From: an uncultured Lentisphaerales bacterium
Lineage (GTDB): Bacteria > Verrucomicrobiota > Lentisphaeria > JABSQK01 > UBA12247
Direction: 5' to 3'
Assembly (NCBI GenBank): GCA_943788985.1
Contig: CALSSJ010000022.1
Coordinates: 64,001 to 128,000, forward strand
DNA length: 64,000 bases
In this document: in pieces, positions 53,233 through 64,000 of the stretch
Layout of the letters: each line of letters begins with the position of its first letter
How positions within the stretch are numbered: position 1 is the first letter of the stretch
Position numbers and translations under genes: made by a program
Notes under the pieces: generated by a model
Databases searched by the model: none
The model's input: only the letters and a program-made list of their open reading frames with translations
What the model was told of the DNA's origin: nothing

Positions 53233-53535
53233 ATGACAAAGCGAGATTTGGTATTACGAATTGCGGCCCAGAGTGGCCTTAACCAACGTGATATAGCTAC
53301 TGTCGTGCAGCTGATGCTCGATAACGTAACCAATGAGCTGGCGGCAGGGCGCGGCGTGGAGTTTCGAAACTTTGGTGTCTTTTCTGTGAAAAAGCGCGCT
53401 GCTCGTATTGGGCGGAACCCAAATATGCCAGCGCGAGACGTCGTCATTCCAGAGGAAGCAGTGGTGAAGTTCAAGGCCGGTAAGACGATGAAAGAGCGCG
53501 TTGGTAAGCTAATTGAGCACAGCGATCCCACGTAG
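53233..53535 (+). CDS. HU/IHF family DNA-binding protein
   Basis: MTKRDLV, EFRNFGVF, RIGRNP, VKFKAGK. Confidence 0.95.
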   Translation: MTKRDLVLRIAAQSGLNQRDIATVVQLMLDNVTNELAAGRGVEFRNFGVFSVKKRAARIGRNPNMPARDVVIPEEAVVKFKAGKTMKERVGKLIEHSDPT

Positions 53536-53682
53536 CAGGGTAGCGATGGCAGGCAGGCGTTACGCGCTGTCAAGCCCCGCTATCCGCCAGCAACATCAGG
53601 AAGATCAGCCTTCGCTAGTGGCACAGGCGAACGGAACCGACTAGCGTACTCATTTCATCCACAACAGTTTCCCTGATTTACC

Positions 53683-54174
53683 ATGGCCGACAGCGAAATT
53701 TTTGTCAGCGCCGACGAAGCCGGTGCCGCAATACGAGTTTTGGGAAAGGGCAGCTTCAGCTGCAGCCGAGAGATCGCCGCGTACGGGCTCGAAATGGTGC
53801 GGCGGCAAGTGCCTCGCGTGATCATCGACCTTGCCGCTTGCACCGGGATGGACAGCACGTTCATGGGAGTGTTGGCACAGATCGCATCACAAGGTCGCGT
53901 AGGCGGCTGCATGCTGGCGATTGCCAACGCAAACCAAGAGCGCCGTGAGCAACTCGAGGAACTTGGCGTGCATCGCATTGTCTCGTTCATTGACCGTGAC
54001 CTAAGCGGCTTGTCTTGGAGAGTGCTTGAACCTGCCGATACCTCGCGACTGGCGCAGGCTCGTACCGTGTTGGAGGCTCACGAAATGCTGACCGAGATTG
54101 ATGCGGCCAACATCACACGCTTCAAGGACGTCGTTGAATTTATCCGCAAGGATATAGAGAATCTTTCAGAATAG
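53683..54174 (+). CDS. STAS domain anti-sigma factor antagonist
   Basis: IDLAACTGMDSTFMGVL; C-terminal VLEAHEML...FKDVVEF. Confidence 0.9.
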   Translation: MADSEIFVSADEAGAAIRVLGKGSFSCSREIAAYGLEMVRRQVPRVIIDLAACTGMDSTFMGVLAQIASQGRVGGCMLAIANANQERREQLEELGVHRIVSFIDRDLSGLSWRVLEPADTSRLAQARTVLEAHEMLTEIDAANITRFKDVVEFIRKDIENLSE

Positions 54175-54200
54175 TAACTTTCATTAAACAGGAGACCCAC

Positions 54201-54833
54201 ATGTTCCCCATTCGCCCAATTCTCGCTGCTGTCGTACTCGCCGTATGTACCTGCTCTGCCCAGGATTCTATTGGATTCGTTGATATGGAACGAATCTTTC
54301 AGGAGTTTTATAAGACGGTTAAGGAAGAGATTAAACTCCAGAAGCAGATGGACGTGTACAAGCAATATGCCGTTGCTCTCGAGTCCTCGATTGGGGAATT
54401 GCAGCGCGAGGCAAATAAGGCGCGCGATGAGTCCCTGAACCTGGCACTGAAGCCAGAGATTCGCGCTGAGAAACAGGCCGAGGCGCGGCAGAAGTTCATG
54501 GAGCTGCAGGACAAGAAGCGCGAGCTGCGCGAATACCAGAACGACAAAAAGCGTGGCCTGCGTGAACGCTACGAAGAAACCCGCGCGCTGTTGGTTGCGG
54601 AGATCGCAGACATTGTCCAGCAGGAGGCCAAGGCCCGTAAGCTGCGCCTAGTACTTGACAGCTCGGGAAAGACCTTGAATGGAATTCCGGCGTTTGTTTA
54701 TTTTGAGCCAGAGATGGATTTCACCGATGCCGTGGTGGAGATCTTGAACCGTGGCCATCACGCGGAGCTCGAGGAGCTCCGCGAGCAGAGCAAGGAGCTC
54801 GATAGCCGCGGCGGATTCGGCGTCGGCAACTAG
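54201..54833 (+). CDS. skp: OmpH/Skp periplasmic chaperone
   Basis: IGFVDMERIF, long coiled coil, LVLD, DFTDAVVEILN; precedes lpxD. Confidence 0.9.
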   Translation: MFPIRPILAAVVLAVCTCSAQDSIGFVDMERIFQEFYKTVKEEIKLQKQMDVYKQYAVALESSIGELQREANKARDESLNLALKPEIRAEKQAEARQKFMELQDKKRELREYQNDKKRGLRERYEETRALLVAEIADIVQQEAKARKLRLVLDSSGKTLNGIPAFVYFEPEMDFTDAVVEILNRGHHAELEELREQSKELDSRGGFGVGN

Positions 54834-54844
54834 TCGCTGCCGTA

Positions 54845-55903
54845 GTGGAACAAACAGTCGAGGAGATCGCCGCCCTAGTCGGTGGCAATCTCCAAGGGAA
54901 TGGGAAGCAAGTTGTCAACGGTGTTGCATCTCTTCGGGACGCAGGCCCTGACGATGTATCCTTCCTGAACAATCGCCGTTACTTGGGCGACCTAGAAGGC
55001 ACGACAGCTGGCGTGATTCTCGTGAGCGACGACCTTGCCGAGCGTGCAAGCGCAGGGGGAACGCGGTCGATCATCATCTGCGGTGACCCGTCTGCTGCGC
55101 TCGAACAGACTTCCGGTGCCCTGTTTCCGGCGCCCCCAAAGGCCAGCTCCGGAGCACATGCAAATGCGGTGGTAGACCCGTTAGCTATCGTTGCGGACTC
55201 CGCAACAATCGGGCCCAATGCCGTCATTGAGGCAGGCGCATCCATCGGTGAGCACACGGTGGTCGGGCCCGGTTGTGTTGTGGGCGTGCGCGCTGTAATC
55301 GGTGATGACTGCCTGCTACATGCAAACGTTACGGTTGCCCACCATTGCCGCATTGGAGATCGCGTGATTCTCCAGAGTGGATCAGTAATCGGTGCTGATG
55401 GTTACGGCTACCATCAGCGGGACGGGAAGCACTACAAGATTCCGCAGATCGGAATTGTTCAGCTTGATGATGACGTCGAAATTGGGGCCGGAGCCACAGT
55501 GGATCGCGCCCGTTTTGGGCGAACATGGATTAAGCGCGGTACCAAAATCGACAACCTAGTCCAAGTCGCCCATAACTGCGTACTGGGTGAAGACTGTCTA
55601 GTGGTTGCGTTGACTGGGATTGCCGGGAGTACTCGCATGGGAGACTCGGTGATTCTTGCCGGAATGGTCGGCGTTACCGGCCACTGCGAGATTGGTGATC
55701 GGGTAACAGTCGCGGGCCTAAGTGGTGTGTTTTCTTCGGTGGAAGGAGAGGGGCGCGTCCTGATGGGGACACCTGCAGTGGACCGCATGCAGTACCTAAG
55801 GCAGGCCGCGTGCGTGCGAAAGCTCCCGGATGCGATGAATCGGCTTAAGGAGCTTGAAGCTCAAGTCGAGGAGTTGAAAGGCCGCCTCGAGGGCAATCCG
55901 TAG
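54845..55903 (+). CDS. lpxD: UDP-3-O-acylglucosamine N-acyltransferase
   Basis: Hexapeptide repeats, IGADGYGY, KIPQIGIV, TVDRA, TKIDNLVQVAHN. Confidence 0.96.
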   Translation: MEQTVEEIAALVGGNLQGNGKQVVNGVASLRDAGPDDVSFLNNRRYLGDLEGTTAGVILVSDDLAERASAGGTRSIIICGDPSAALEQTSGALFPAPPKASSGAHANAVVDPLAIVADSATIGPNAVIEAGASIGEHTVVGPGCVVGVRAVIGDDCLLHANVTVAHHCRIGDRVILQSGSVIGADGYGYHQRDGKHYKIPQIGIVQLDDDVEIGAGATVDRARFGRTWIKRGTKIDNLVQVAHNCVLGEDCLVVALTGIAGSTRMGDSVILAGMVGVTGHCEIGDRVTVAGLSGVFSSVEGEGRVLMGTPAVDRMQYLRQAACVRKLPDAMNRLKELEAQVEELKGRLEGNP

Positions 55904-55906
55904 CAA

Positions 55907-57133
55907 ATGAAGGTCGTGATTGTCGATGACAATCCAGCAGACAGGTTTATGCTTCGCGATACGTTGGCGGAGGCTGGATTTGAAGATGTTGTCACGTTTG
56001 CGTCTCTGCGTGATGCACAGACTGGCCTTCAAGAAATGATGCATACGCATTTTGCGGACATCGCCTTTTTGGATGTGCAGCTACCCGATGGAAACGGATT
56101 TGACCTATGCGAGTGGCTCAAGCAGGAAGTCTCTTCCTTTTTTCCCGTGGTGATGCTGACCGGGATGGACTCCCCCGAAACTCGAGCCAGAGCCAGTCGG
56201 TCCGGAGCAGATGCGCATCTCAGCAAGCCCTATCATCCTGATCTGCTTCTGGCGCATCTGCGTCGACTCCTGACCCGTCGCCTTGCAGTCGATCCCATGG
56301 TCACCGTAACCCGCGGCATTGAGCGTCTTCAGCAGGACGGAGAGTGCATCCAAGATGTGCAGGTGGGGGGCTATCCTGTCGTGCGGTCATTATCATGGAC
56401 TGGTGCGACATCGGTGCATCTGGTCAAGGATGGCGATCACACGCGGGTGGTAAAGATTCTTGCTCGGTCGGCGTTAGGCAGTCCCACCGAAGAGGCATTT
56501 CGTCGGGAGACAGCCTGCCTTGCCGCTCTCTCTCATCCGCACCTCGTGTCCGTCATTGGGCACGGTGAGCTAGACGGTGCTCCGCACTGCCTGATGGAGT
56601 TTGTCGATGGGCACGATTTGCACCGATACGTGCGGATTCATGGGGCGCTGACTGCTACCGAGTGGCAGTCTGTGTGGCAGCAAGCGACCAGCGCACTTGC
56701 CTATCTTCATGAGCGAGGCGTGGTTCATCGAGATATTAAGCCCAGCAATCTGTTCCGAGCTCACAGCGGCCACGTGAAACTAGGCGATTTTGGCGTCGCG
56801 CTCGCCGTTGGCGGTGACGCTGCCATTGCTGCAGGCACGCCGGTTTATATGGCCCCTGAGCAATTTCGCAACGGTCGTGTCCATCCTTCTGCCGATGTGT
56901 ATAGCTGGGGAGCAACAGCCTATCAGCTGGCCACTGGACACCCGCCTTTCGCGGCAGATTCCCCCATGGGGTTGCTCCATCAACACATGTCATGCCAGCC
57001 ACCTGCGATTAAGCGCGATGAGCTTAATCCCACGCTTGTCAGCCTGGTCGGTTGCTGTCTGGCCAAGAATCCGGCTGAGCGCCCCTCAGCTGTGGAATTG
57101 GCGGCATCCGTTGCGGGTAGCGATATTCGCTAA
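55907..57133 (+). CDS. Response regulator receiver fused to a Hanks-type Ser/Thr kinase
   Basis: IVDD, FLDVQLP, LTG, SKP; then VVK, HPHLV, HRDIKPSN, DFG, GTPVYMAPE, DVYSWG, RP. Confidence 0.92.
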   Translation: MKVVIVDDNPADRFMLRDTLAEAGFEDVVTFASLRDAQTGLQEMMHTHFADIAFLDVQLPDGNGFDLCEWLKQEVSSFFPVVMLTGMDSPETRARASRSGADAHLSKPYHPDLLLAHLRRLLTRRLAVDPMVTVTRGIERLQQDGECIQDVQVGGYPVVRSLSWTGATSVHLVKDGDHTRVVKILARSALGSPTEEAFRRETACLAALSHPHLVSVIGHGELDGAPHCLMEFVDGHDLHRYVRIHGALTATEWQSVWQQATSALAYLHERGVVHRDIKPSNLFRAHSGHVKLGDFGVALAVGGDAAIAAGTPVYMAPEQFRNGRVHPSADVYSWGATAYQLATGHPPFAADSPMGLLHQHMSCQPPAIKRDELNPTLVSLVGCCLAKNPAERPSAVELAASVAGSDIR

Positions 57134-60100
57134 GGGGTCCAGATCCAAGCGGCTTCGTTGGTGCCGAGAGATTCCACGCGCCGAAATGCCCGGTGGATTG
57201 GGTCCCAGGCCCAGGCGATGAAAGGAGGCGCATAGGGCCCGTCTCCGATTGTTCCAGCCAGGTTCCAGCCTGATTCGAGCGCGGGGGCCGAGGAAGGGGT
57301 AGGTGCCGCGATATAGGGCACGATTGCTTCGCTTGTGCAGAAGACCCAGGTTCCTGCACCAGCTGTCAGGGCTGTCGTGCTGGTGAGCTCTCCTTGTGAC
57401 ATAGCGTAGCCAGTGGGGAACGCGATCGTTCCGAATGTCTGGGAGATGGTGTCGGGGGAGTTGTGAGATCCCGTGAGTAGGTTCCACCCTGGCTGAACCT
57501 CGAATGTAGGGCGGACTGCGCCCACAACGATGCGAAGATCAGCTTCGGAGAACTGCCCGTCCGCGTCAGTGATACGGTAGCGTACCAGTTGGTCATTAAA
57601 CTCGGCAGCCAAGGAATGAATGGCTCCAGGTAGGAGATCCAGCGTGAAGCCGGATTCAGTGTAGGCTGTGCCTGTCTCATCGCGAAGAACGCTGCTGGTC
57701 AGTGTGCTCAATAGCGAGAAGGTGTAGAGCGACTCGGTGATGCCCGCTGGCTCATCAGGGTCTGTCGCGGTGACCGTGAACGTTGCCGATGTAGCAGGCG
57801 CGTCCAGTACTACTGTGATGGGCGATGTGACTGGCGGATCAGGCTGGGCGATGACCTGAATCGTCACGATTCCGGCTTGCTGGGCACGATCATCCCTTGC
57901 CGAATATACGAACGAGTCTTCCCCGAAAAAGTTTGAATTTGGCGTATAGCGCAGACTGACTTCGGTTGCACTGCTTGAGATGGAAATCAGTTTGCCGTAT
58001 GCTGGGATATTTACCCGAATCTCCGGCGTGTCGCCCGGGTCCGGGTCTGCGGTATTGAGGGTGATGGTCGTTTGTGAGTCTTCCAATACCGTAACCGTCA
58101 GGTCCAAGGCAGGGGGGATCGTATTCTGGACGGTTCTGACCGGGGACTCTACTGGCGTCCCACTCAGTGCATCAGCGCCAGTGCGTGTATCCGTGGGGGT
58201 TACACGCACAAACCACTCGCTGTCTCGCAGTGCCGTGCCAGCTGGCAGAGTGTGAGTGCGGCCCTCGATAATCGTGGTGCCGGACCACAGTTCGAAGCCG
58301 TCATTAGCAGTGGCGCGAGTAAACCACTCCACGGCCCCGGTTGCATTCTCAGAGTCACCATCGCTATCTAGGTACTCGTAGGAAAACGTCAAGTCACTGG
58401 TAACGAACAGGGCATCACTCTGTGGAAGCAGCGTGACGTTGGTTGCCTGAGGCGCACTGTTGACATCCGTCACTTGAACGAAGAAGCTCGTGGTCGCCGG
58501 AATATTGTGGGAATCTCGTACTTCGACGGTTACGTCGAGCAGTCGTTGGCCTCCAGTCTCAGTCACCACAGTGTGATCAGGCGTGTAGATGTAGGTACCA
58601 TTTAGGACCTGGCCTGGCCCGGTCGTTACGGTGTAGGTGTGGGTATCCGGAGGTATATTCGCGAGGTCAGGGTCAGTGAGCATCAGGGGCACCGAAAGGA
58701 GCTGCCCCTCTGCAACTTCTTGCTGCCCAATTTCGCCCAGGCTCGGGGGATCATTTACGTTCAAGACTTGGATTGTGACAGCAGATGTTACGGTGGCGAT
58801 GCCGTCGGATGCTTGCCAGGTTAAGGTCACTGATCCCGCGAAATCCAAAGGTGGCTGGTATAAAACCGTGGTCTGAGGGTGATCTGGGCGCCTCCGGGAG
58901 TTGAATTGGCTGAGCGAACCGGTGAGGGGAGGGCCGATGATTTCTACGAGTAAGTCGTCGGCATCTGGATCTGTGGCGGTGAGGGTCACCGTCAGGGCGG
59001 TCTCTTCAGGCGTGTTCAGGGACAGCTGTTGAATTTGCGGCAGTGCATTCGGACTTTCCCCCAAGTCTGTATGAAAGACCTGACGTCTCCCGTTCAGCAG
59101 CGATCCGAATCCAGAGGTCGTTGACGCCCAGGCACAGTAGCGCCCATTCGCAGACAACGTCGAAGCGGTTACGTCTGCATCAGCATACTGTATCCCGGAG
59201 AATGATGCGGGCATTGCGGAGTTCGCACGCCAGTTAAAGCGCCAAGCCTGGAGGCTTGCGTCCGTTTGGGGCGGAAGTGTTGCCTCCTCCAGCGGATACT
59301 CGCTGCCAGTGCTGCGGACCATGAGAAAACGCCCACTTGCGCTGAGCGGTCCGGTGACGGCGGTATTGCCCAAAGTGCGGGTCGTTACGACGTTGTTCGC
59401 CATATCTGCCACCCGAGTTTCGGTGCCCGCCTGAAAGCTGAGGTATCTGCCGGACTGAGAAAGCGCTGGGGCCCTTGCGTCTTCACCTGCTACTCCGACA
59501 ATCTCCCAGTCCTCAGAGTCAAGATAGCGCAGCCAAATCACAGCATTCGGGAGGGCTGAGTCGCCAGCAAGATTTGCTTCTGAGGAGAAGGCTATCCAAT
59601 TCCCATCTGCGGATAGCGCAGGATTGTGGGCGTGGGCGTCTACGGTCTGTGCGGTGTCAAAACGATCACTTACAAGTGTGACAGTCTCCATACTTGGCTC
59701 CCATAGATAGACGTCCTGCAAGACGTCCTGATCTGCCGCGATGAGGTTATCCTCCGTGACAAACAGGACCCGCTCCCCGTCCCCTGAGATCGCAAGTCTG
59801 TCGGGGAAGGTGGAAGCTGCAGTCAATGCTGCAGTGACCCAGCGACCGCCGACCTGATGCTGGTGCAGGATTTGCTGCCCAATGATGTAGGCAATGGAGG
59901 AACCATCACTCGACATCTCCACCTCGCTGGGCAAAGCATCCAGTGAAACCGTTGTTCTTGCCTCGAGGTCGCGGAGCAGAAGCCCCCGGTTCTTATTTTG
60001 GGTGAGATTCGTTGCCTCACTGGCAAACACGACTAGTGAGCCATCACTGCTGATGCCAATCGTGTCGTCTAAGCTTGCCGATGAAGCGTCCCCGGGGGGC

Positions 60101-61785
60101 TCGCCGTCACTAGCACCTAAGGACCGATCTGTTGTGCTTGCAAGTTGCACCGTAACCGGGGAGTTCGGTGTGACGATCGCGGTAACGATCGCGGGAACAG
60201 ACGTAGAATCCGCCTCGTCGGTCACCACGTAACGCAGGCGAAGCGCTCCATGAAAGTCTGCAGCTGGCGTGATCTGCAGGGGAAGCATGGTATCCAGGAT
60301 CACGGTATCCGTCGATGTCAGAGCGATTCCCTGTGCGTCGGTGATAATCGCGATGACTGCGCTGGGCAGCTCCTGAAGCTGGTAGCGGAGTGCAGCAGCC
60401 GTCGTTTCGTGATCAGTGCCGGCCAGTGGCAGATCGCAGGGTCGTCTCAGGAAGGCAGCGGACTGTGAGGTCCGCAGCGAGCGGCCGCTGATTGAGATAA
60501 GCAGGCCCACGGTCCACGCGAAATAATTGGCGTGAGGCGGTGGCGCTCCCCGCAAGATTGTCTGACTCGGAGAGAAAGCCGACATACCGCCCGGAATTCG
60601 AGATGACCGGCCAGTCACAGTCTTCATCGGCAGCTTCGCCCCCCGCGGAGGTCTGCGACAAGAGCTCGATGGCGCCACTCACCAGGTCCTTCAGATAGAT
60701 CTGATAGACGCCATCCTCGCCAGTCGCGCCAGGAAGATTCGCGCCATTGGAGCGAAAGACCATGAAGCGGCCAGCGCCGTCTAGATCAGGCCTCTCCGAG
60801 GTGCCGTCGATTTCCTCCCCGTTGGCGCCAAGCGAAACACGCTCGGTCTCCTCGGTGTCGACTCGATACCGAAAAATATCCGTGGTCGCGTTCAGATCGC
60901 TTGGCACAATGAGAGCGTCGTCACATTGGAAGAGCACGACAGTCCCGGCCGCATCCAGCCTCGGGAACGAAGCTGGCGTGGTCTGCAGGCCCAGGTTGCC
61001 ATCCCCCGCCGTGAAGCGGCTGTTCACGCGGCGAATCTCGTTCGCTACCTCTTCCCACACAAATACGTCCTTCAAGTTGACAGTCGGAGTCGTCTGGCAC
61101 AAACCCATTGTCGCCGGACTCGAAGACGATCACCGCTCCATCATCAGAGACGTCGGGGCGCGAGATGCCTTGGGGGACGTGCCCAGCTGGCGGGTGGTTT
61201 CTCTCGGTCACTATGTGGGCAGCTTGTGTCTCAAGGTCGTAGCGGAGAAGATCAATCACCCCGTTTGTGTCACTGGGGAGTAGGAGGGTGTCTTCCAAGC
61301 CGGTGACCAAAAAGCGCCCACTGCCAGCAATCCTTGGGTGCCGCAGAGCGCGAGCTTGGAGGTTGAGCGGCTCATATGAGGTGGGAGTGTCGACGCTGCG
61401 CAGGAGGACCGTGTGCGGAGGCGTGGGGACAAAGCCTTGGTAGCGAAGCTCAAAGATCCTACTGCCACCGACCGCAACTCCGGCCGCTTGCCCTTGTGGC
61501 CCTTGGAAGAAGAAGTCCTGGCTTTTGCTGATAGCGCGGATTGTGCCGCCAACTTCCTGCTCGAACAGATCCCAGGTGTTTGGGGCATCGAAGCTGTAGG
61601 GCCGGATCAAGATCAGGCGCTTCGGAAGCGAAGATGACCTTCCCGTCATCGAGGACGGCGATGTCATGCGCGTCCGCAATATTCCCGGTTCGCCCTTCAG
61701 CCGGACCGAAGTCCGTATCCGTAATCAGCTCCGCACTTCCCAGTGCGACGACTTGGACAAACAGTAATATTCCGGCAAGGCGCAT
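57130..61785 (-). CDS. About 1550-aa secreted surface protein (TolB-like propeller repeats plus cadherin/Ig-like repeats), split by three +1 indels
   Basis: Signal peptide MRLAGILLFVQVVALGSA; repeats like PVISNSGRYVGFLSESDNL; TDPDAD, YTPNSNFFGEDSFVY. The frames join by skipping one base each at about 61600, 61082 and 60440. Confidence 0.75.
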
Positions 61786-61852
61786 GGGATGACTTCGATT
61801 CTTCTGGGGGCGTGTCGGGGGTACTACGATGATTCAGGTACAGTCTGACGTA

Positions 61853-61892
61853 GAAACAGAAACGGCCCCACAGGCAAAGCCTAGGGACCGTT
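61853..61892 (-). terminator. Probable intrinsic terminator after the beta-barrel gene
   Basis: Minus strand: aacggtccc-taggc-ttt-gcctg-t-ggggccgtt then tctgtttc. Confidence 0.5.
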
Positions 61893-61921
61893 ATCTTAAC
61901 AGACAGGGAAGCGTGAATGGA

Positions 61922-62850
61922 TCAGTAGCGCATGAACAGGAAGAAGTTCCCGCTTGAGCCGTCCAAGTCTGCTTCGACGTGGTCTGTCTCAGCCTGACCG
62001 AAGGTATAATCGTAACGATACTCAGCACCCACGCCCCACTGCGCGTCGAAGACCATCTCAGCAGCCAGATTGACGTAGCCGCCAAAGAGAACGTCGAAGC
62101 TCTCGTCGTCGTCGCCGGTGGTTGAGTAAAGTTCAGATCCATCGTTGAGCCACGTCACGGTATCGGACTGCTGGGTCTGAGTGAAGGCGAGGTTGACGGT
62201 TGGGCCGCCGCCAGCAGTGAGACGGAAGAAATCTGCATCGTAAATGGCCTTCATGCCCAAACCGAGCGTGAGAACATCGACATCAAGTTCAAACTTGCTC
62301 ATGCCTTCAGTAGTTGCCCGCCCGGCTCCTTCACCAGTAGCACCGAGGGAGCTGTTCGGATGAACGAAAGCCCCAGTAGAACCATTGTTGGAGGTCGGGG
62401 TGTAACGGTCGGAGGTGGTTGTGCCTGCTCGATTGGCCTTGGTATTTGTGCCGGTATAGTTTAGGGAAAGCTCGACGGCAATCTCTGATTCTCCTACTTC
62501 ACTGAGAACGTGTTCCATCGAAAGGGTCACGCCAGCTTCGGAACTGAGAGTTTCGCTCTGGTTGCCTGATGCAGAGACGCGATCGAGCGAGACACCGCCC
62601 ACGCCGTCATTCTGAACATTCAGCGAGTTGTCCAAGATTAGGGTATTGTCCTGGATGTCTAGGTAGTTTGCCGCACCATTGACGTACTCGCTGGTGCCAA
62701 GTAGGGGGGTTCGTGAAATCGTAAGATTTCATATCAATGTCGCCTAGTTCGCGGTAGCTGACGCCAATCTTAAGCGCCCAATCGCCCTCTCGTGCTGTTA
62801 GCGGAAAGCGCTAGACATGATATCAACAATATTGTAAGTACAATTCGCAT
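61922..62850 (-). CDS. Outer-membrane beta-barrel protein, 5' part frameshifted
   Basis: AGGAG RBS, signal MRIVLTILLISCLALSA, DWALKIGVSYR in another frame; amphipathic strands (WGVGAEYRYDY) and a C-terminal aromatic FFLFMRY. Confidence 0.7.
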
Positions 62851-62936
62851 GGTTTTTCTCCTATTTCGTCAATATACCGAAAATGTAGCACGTCGGCTCG
62901 TCAATCCCAGCAGAATCGGTCAATCTACGTGGATGC

Positions 62937-64000
62937 TCAGGGCTGTGGTACGTTGATGATCACTGCCCAAGGACTCCATGGCCCGGTGCTGTCGACAGTC
63001 ACTGCGCGAACTCTCGTGTGAGTGTGTGAGTCAGAAACGCGGTACTGAGCCGGAACTGTGAACCGCTCGTCGTTTGACCGTGGGTCTACCACGCCGGGGG
63101 CTGGACGGGTGTCATCTGGAAGAAAGGTCAGGGAGCCAGGATTAAACGTACGGAACTGGTATTGCAACGAGACAGCATTGGCGAGGTTGATTTGGACCTC
63201 TGGCCAGATTGCCAAGAGATCTTCTGTGGTCGCGACACCAGGTGCTGTCCCACTGTCAAAACCAGTGTACTGAGAAACGCTGGTCCAGAGACCGCGTGCT
63301 CCGTCGGTGTTGTACGGGCGGGCCTGGAAAATGTAGGTCTCGCTCGGTGTATTCAAGGAGGCGTCCTCGAGGGTGAACGGGAAGTCGCTTACTGCAACGC
63401 TGCGGTTGCGGAACGCAACTGACGAGTCGGTCGCCTGGTAGACAAAGAGGTCGACAAAGTCACCAATTAGTGTATCAGACGCGAAAGTGACACCGACCAC
63501 GCCGGGAGTGGCGGTCAACCCAGCGATAAACGGTGCAGTCGAGGACGGATCGCGTGTCACGGAGAAGTAGGCACGATCACTCCAGCTGTCTGCGAGACCA
63601 CTGTCGTTCGAAGCGATGACATGCCAGAAGTAATCCCCTGGTCCGAGGGAAAGTGGACCAAAGGTGGTTTGGCCTGCTGGCACCGCGGTAATATTCTCGA
63701 TGATCTGTCGTCCGTAGGTGCTAATGAACACGAAGTAATGGCTAGCGCCATCGACCGGGCCCCAGCTGAAGGTGACGTTGGCAACGCCACCGTCCTGTTC
63801 ACTTGCTGTCGCAGCGACCTGTGGCGCAAGGATGTCGTCGGTTCCAGGAATCATTGTGGAGCTGTCCACAACGTTGGGCCGGTCTTGTGGGCCAGCAGGC
63901 TCATCAAGATCGAATGTTGAGACGGCGGCAGTACCGTTGCCTTTGGGGTTGAAGCCGGTGACGGACAACTGATAGGTTCCGCTCTGGCTGAGGAAGAGCG
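62937..64000 (-). CDS. C-terminal part of a large extracellular protein with FN3-like domains (starts beyond the window)
   Basis: TFSWGPVDGASHY, GDYFWHVIA...WS, YIFQARPY...GLWT, RVRAV...GPWSPW. Confidence 0.75.
   Translation of the reverse strand, partial: LFLSQSGTYQLSVTGFNPKGNGTAAVSTFDLDEPAGPQDRPNVVDSSTMIPGTDDILAPQVAATASEQDGGVANVTFSWGPVDGASHYFVFISTYGRQIIENITAVPAGQTTFGPLSLGPGDYFWHVIASNDSGLADSWSDRAYFSVTRDPSSTAPFIAGLTATPGVVGVTFASDTLIGDFVDLFVYQATDSSVAFRNRSVAVSDFPFTLEDASLNTPSETYIFQARPYNTDGARGLWTSVSQYTGFDSGTAPGVATTEDLLAIWPEVQINLANAVSLQYQFRTFNPGSLTFLPDDTRPAPGVVDPRSNDERFTVPAQYRVSDSHTHTRVRAVTVDSTGPWSPWAVIINVPQP

Overview
This is a chromosomal window from a GC-rich (roughly 60%, by eye) Gram-negative bacterium. 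It is most likely a PVC-superphylum organism (Lentisphaerae/Verrucomicrobia-like); that is an inference from gene content and order. Housekeeping blocks are ppiD, moeA, rnd, trmO, mfd, a sigma-70 factor, rpsU, tRNA-Leu(CAA), rbfA-nrnA-truB, ychF, a GH2 beta-galactosidase, tlyA-uppS, mraZ-rsmH-ftsL-ftsI and HU-STAS-skp-lpxD. The accessory parts are: (1) a decayed island between truB and ychF with three broken genes, including a lone HMG-CoA synthase; (2) an exopolysaccharide locus at about 28.9-44.2 kb; (3) two copies of a ~170-bp MITE-like element, each abutting a stop codon; and (4) a cluster of large secreted proteins with a beta-barrel gene at the right end. The EPS locus encodes an ExeA-type ATPase, a 1039-aa protein joining an inner-membrane-anchor-like N-terminus to a C-terminal outer-membrane beta-barrel, a five-SLBB OPX protein with no lipobox, Wzc, a Wzy-like protein with a long charged insertion, and a GT4. 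It is the best candidate here for an undescribed system. Several single-base indels look like possible sequencing errors; other lesions look like true pseudogenisation. All calls come from reading motifs by eye; no database search was run.
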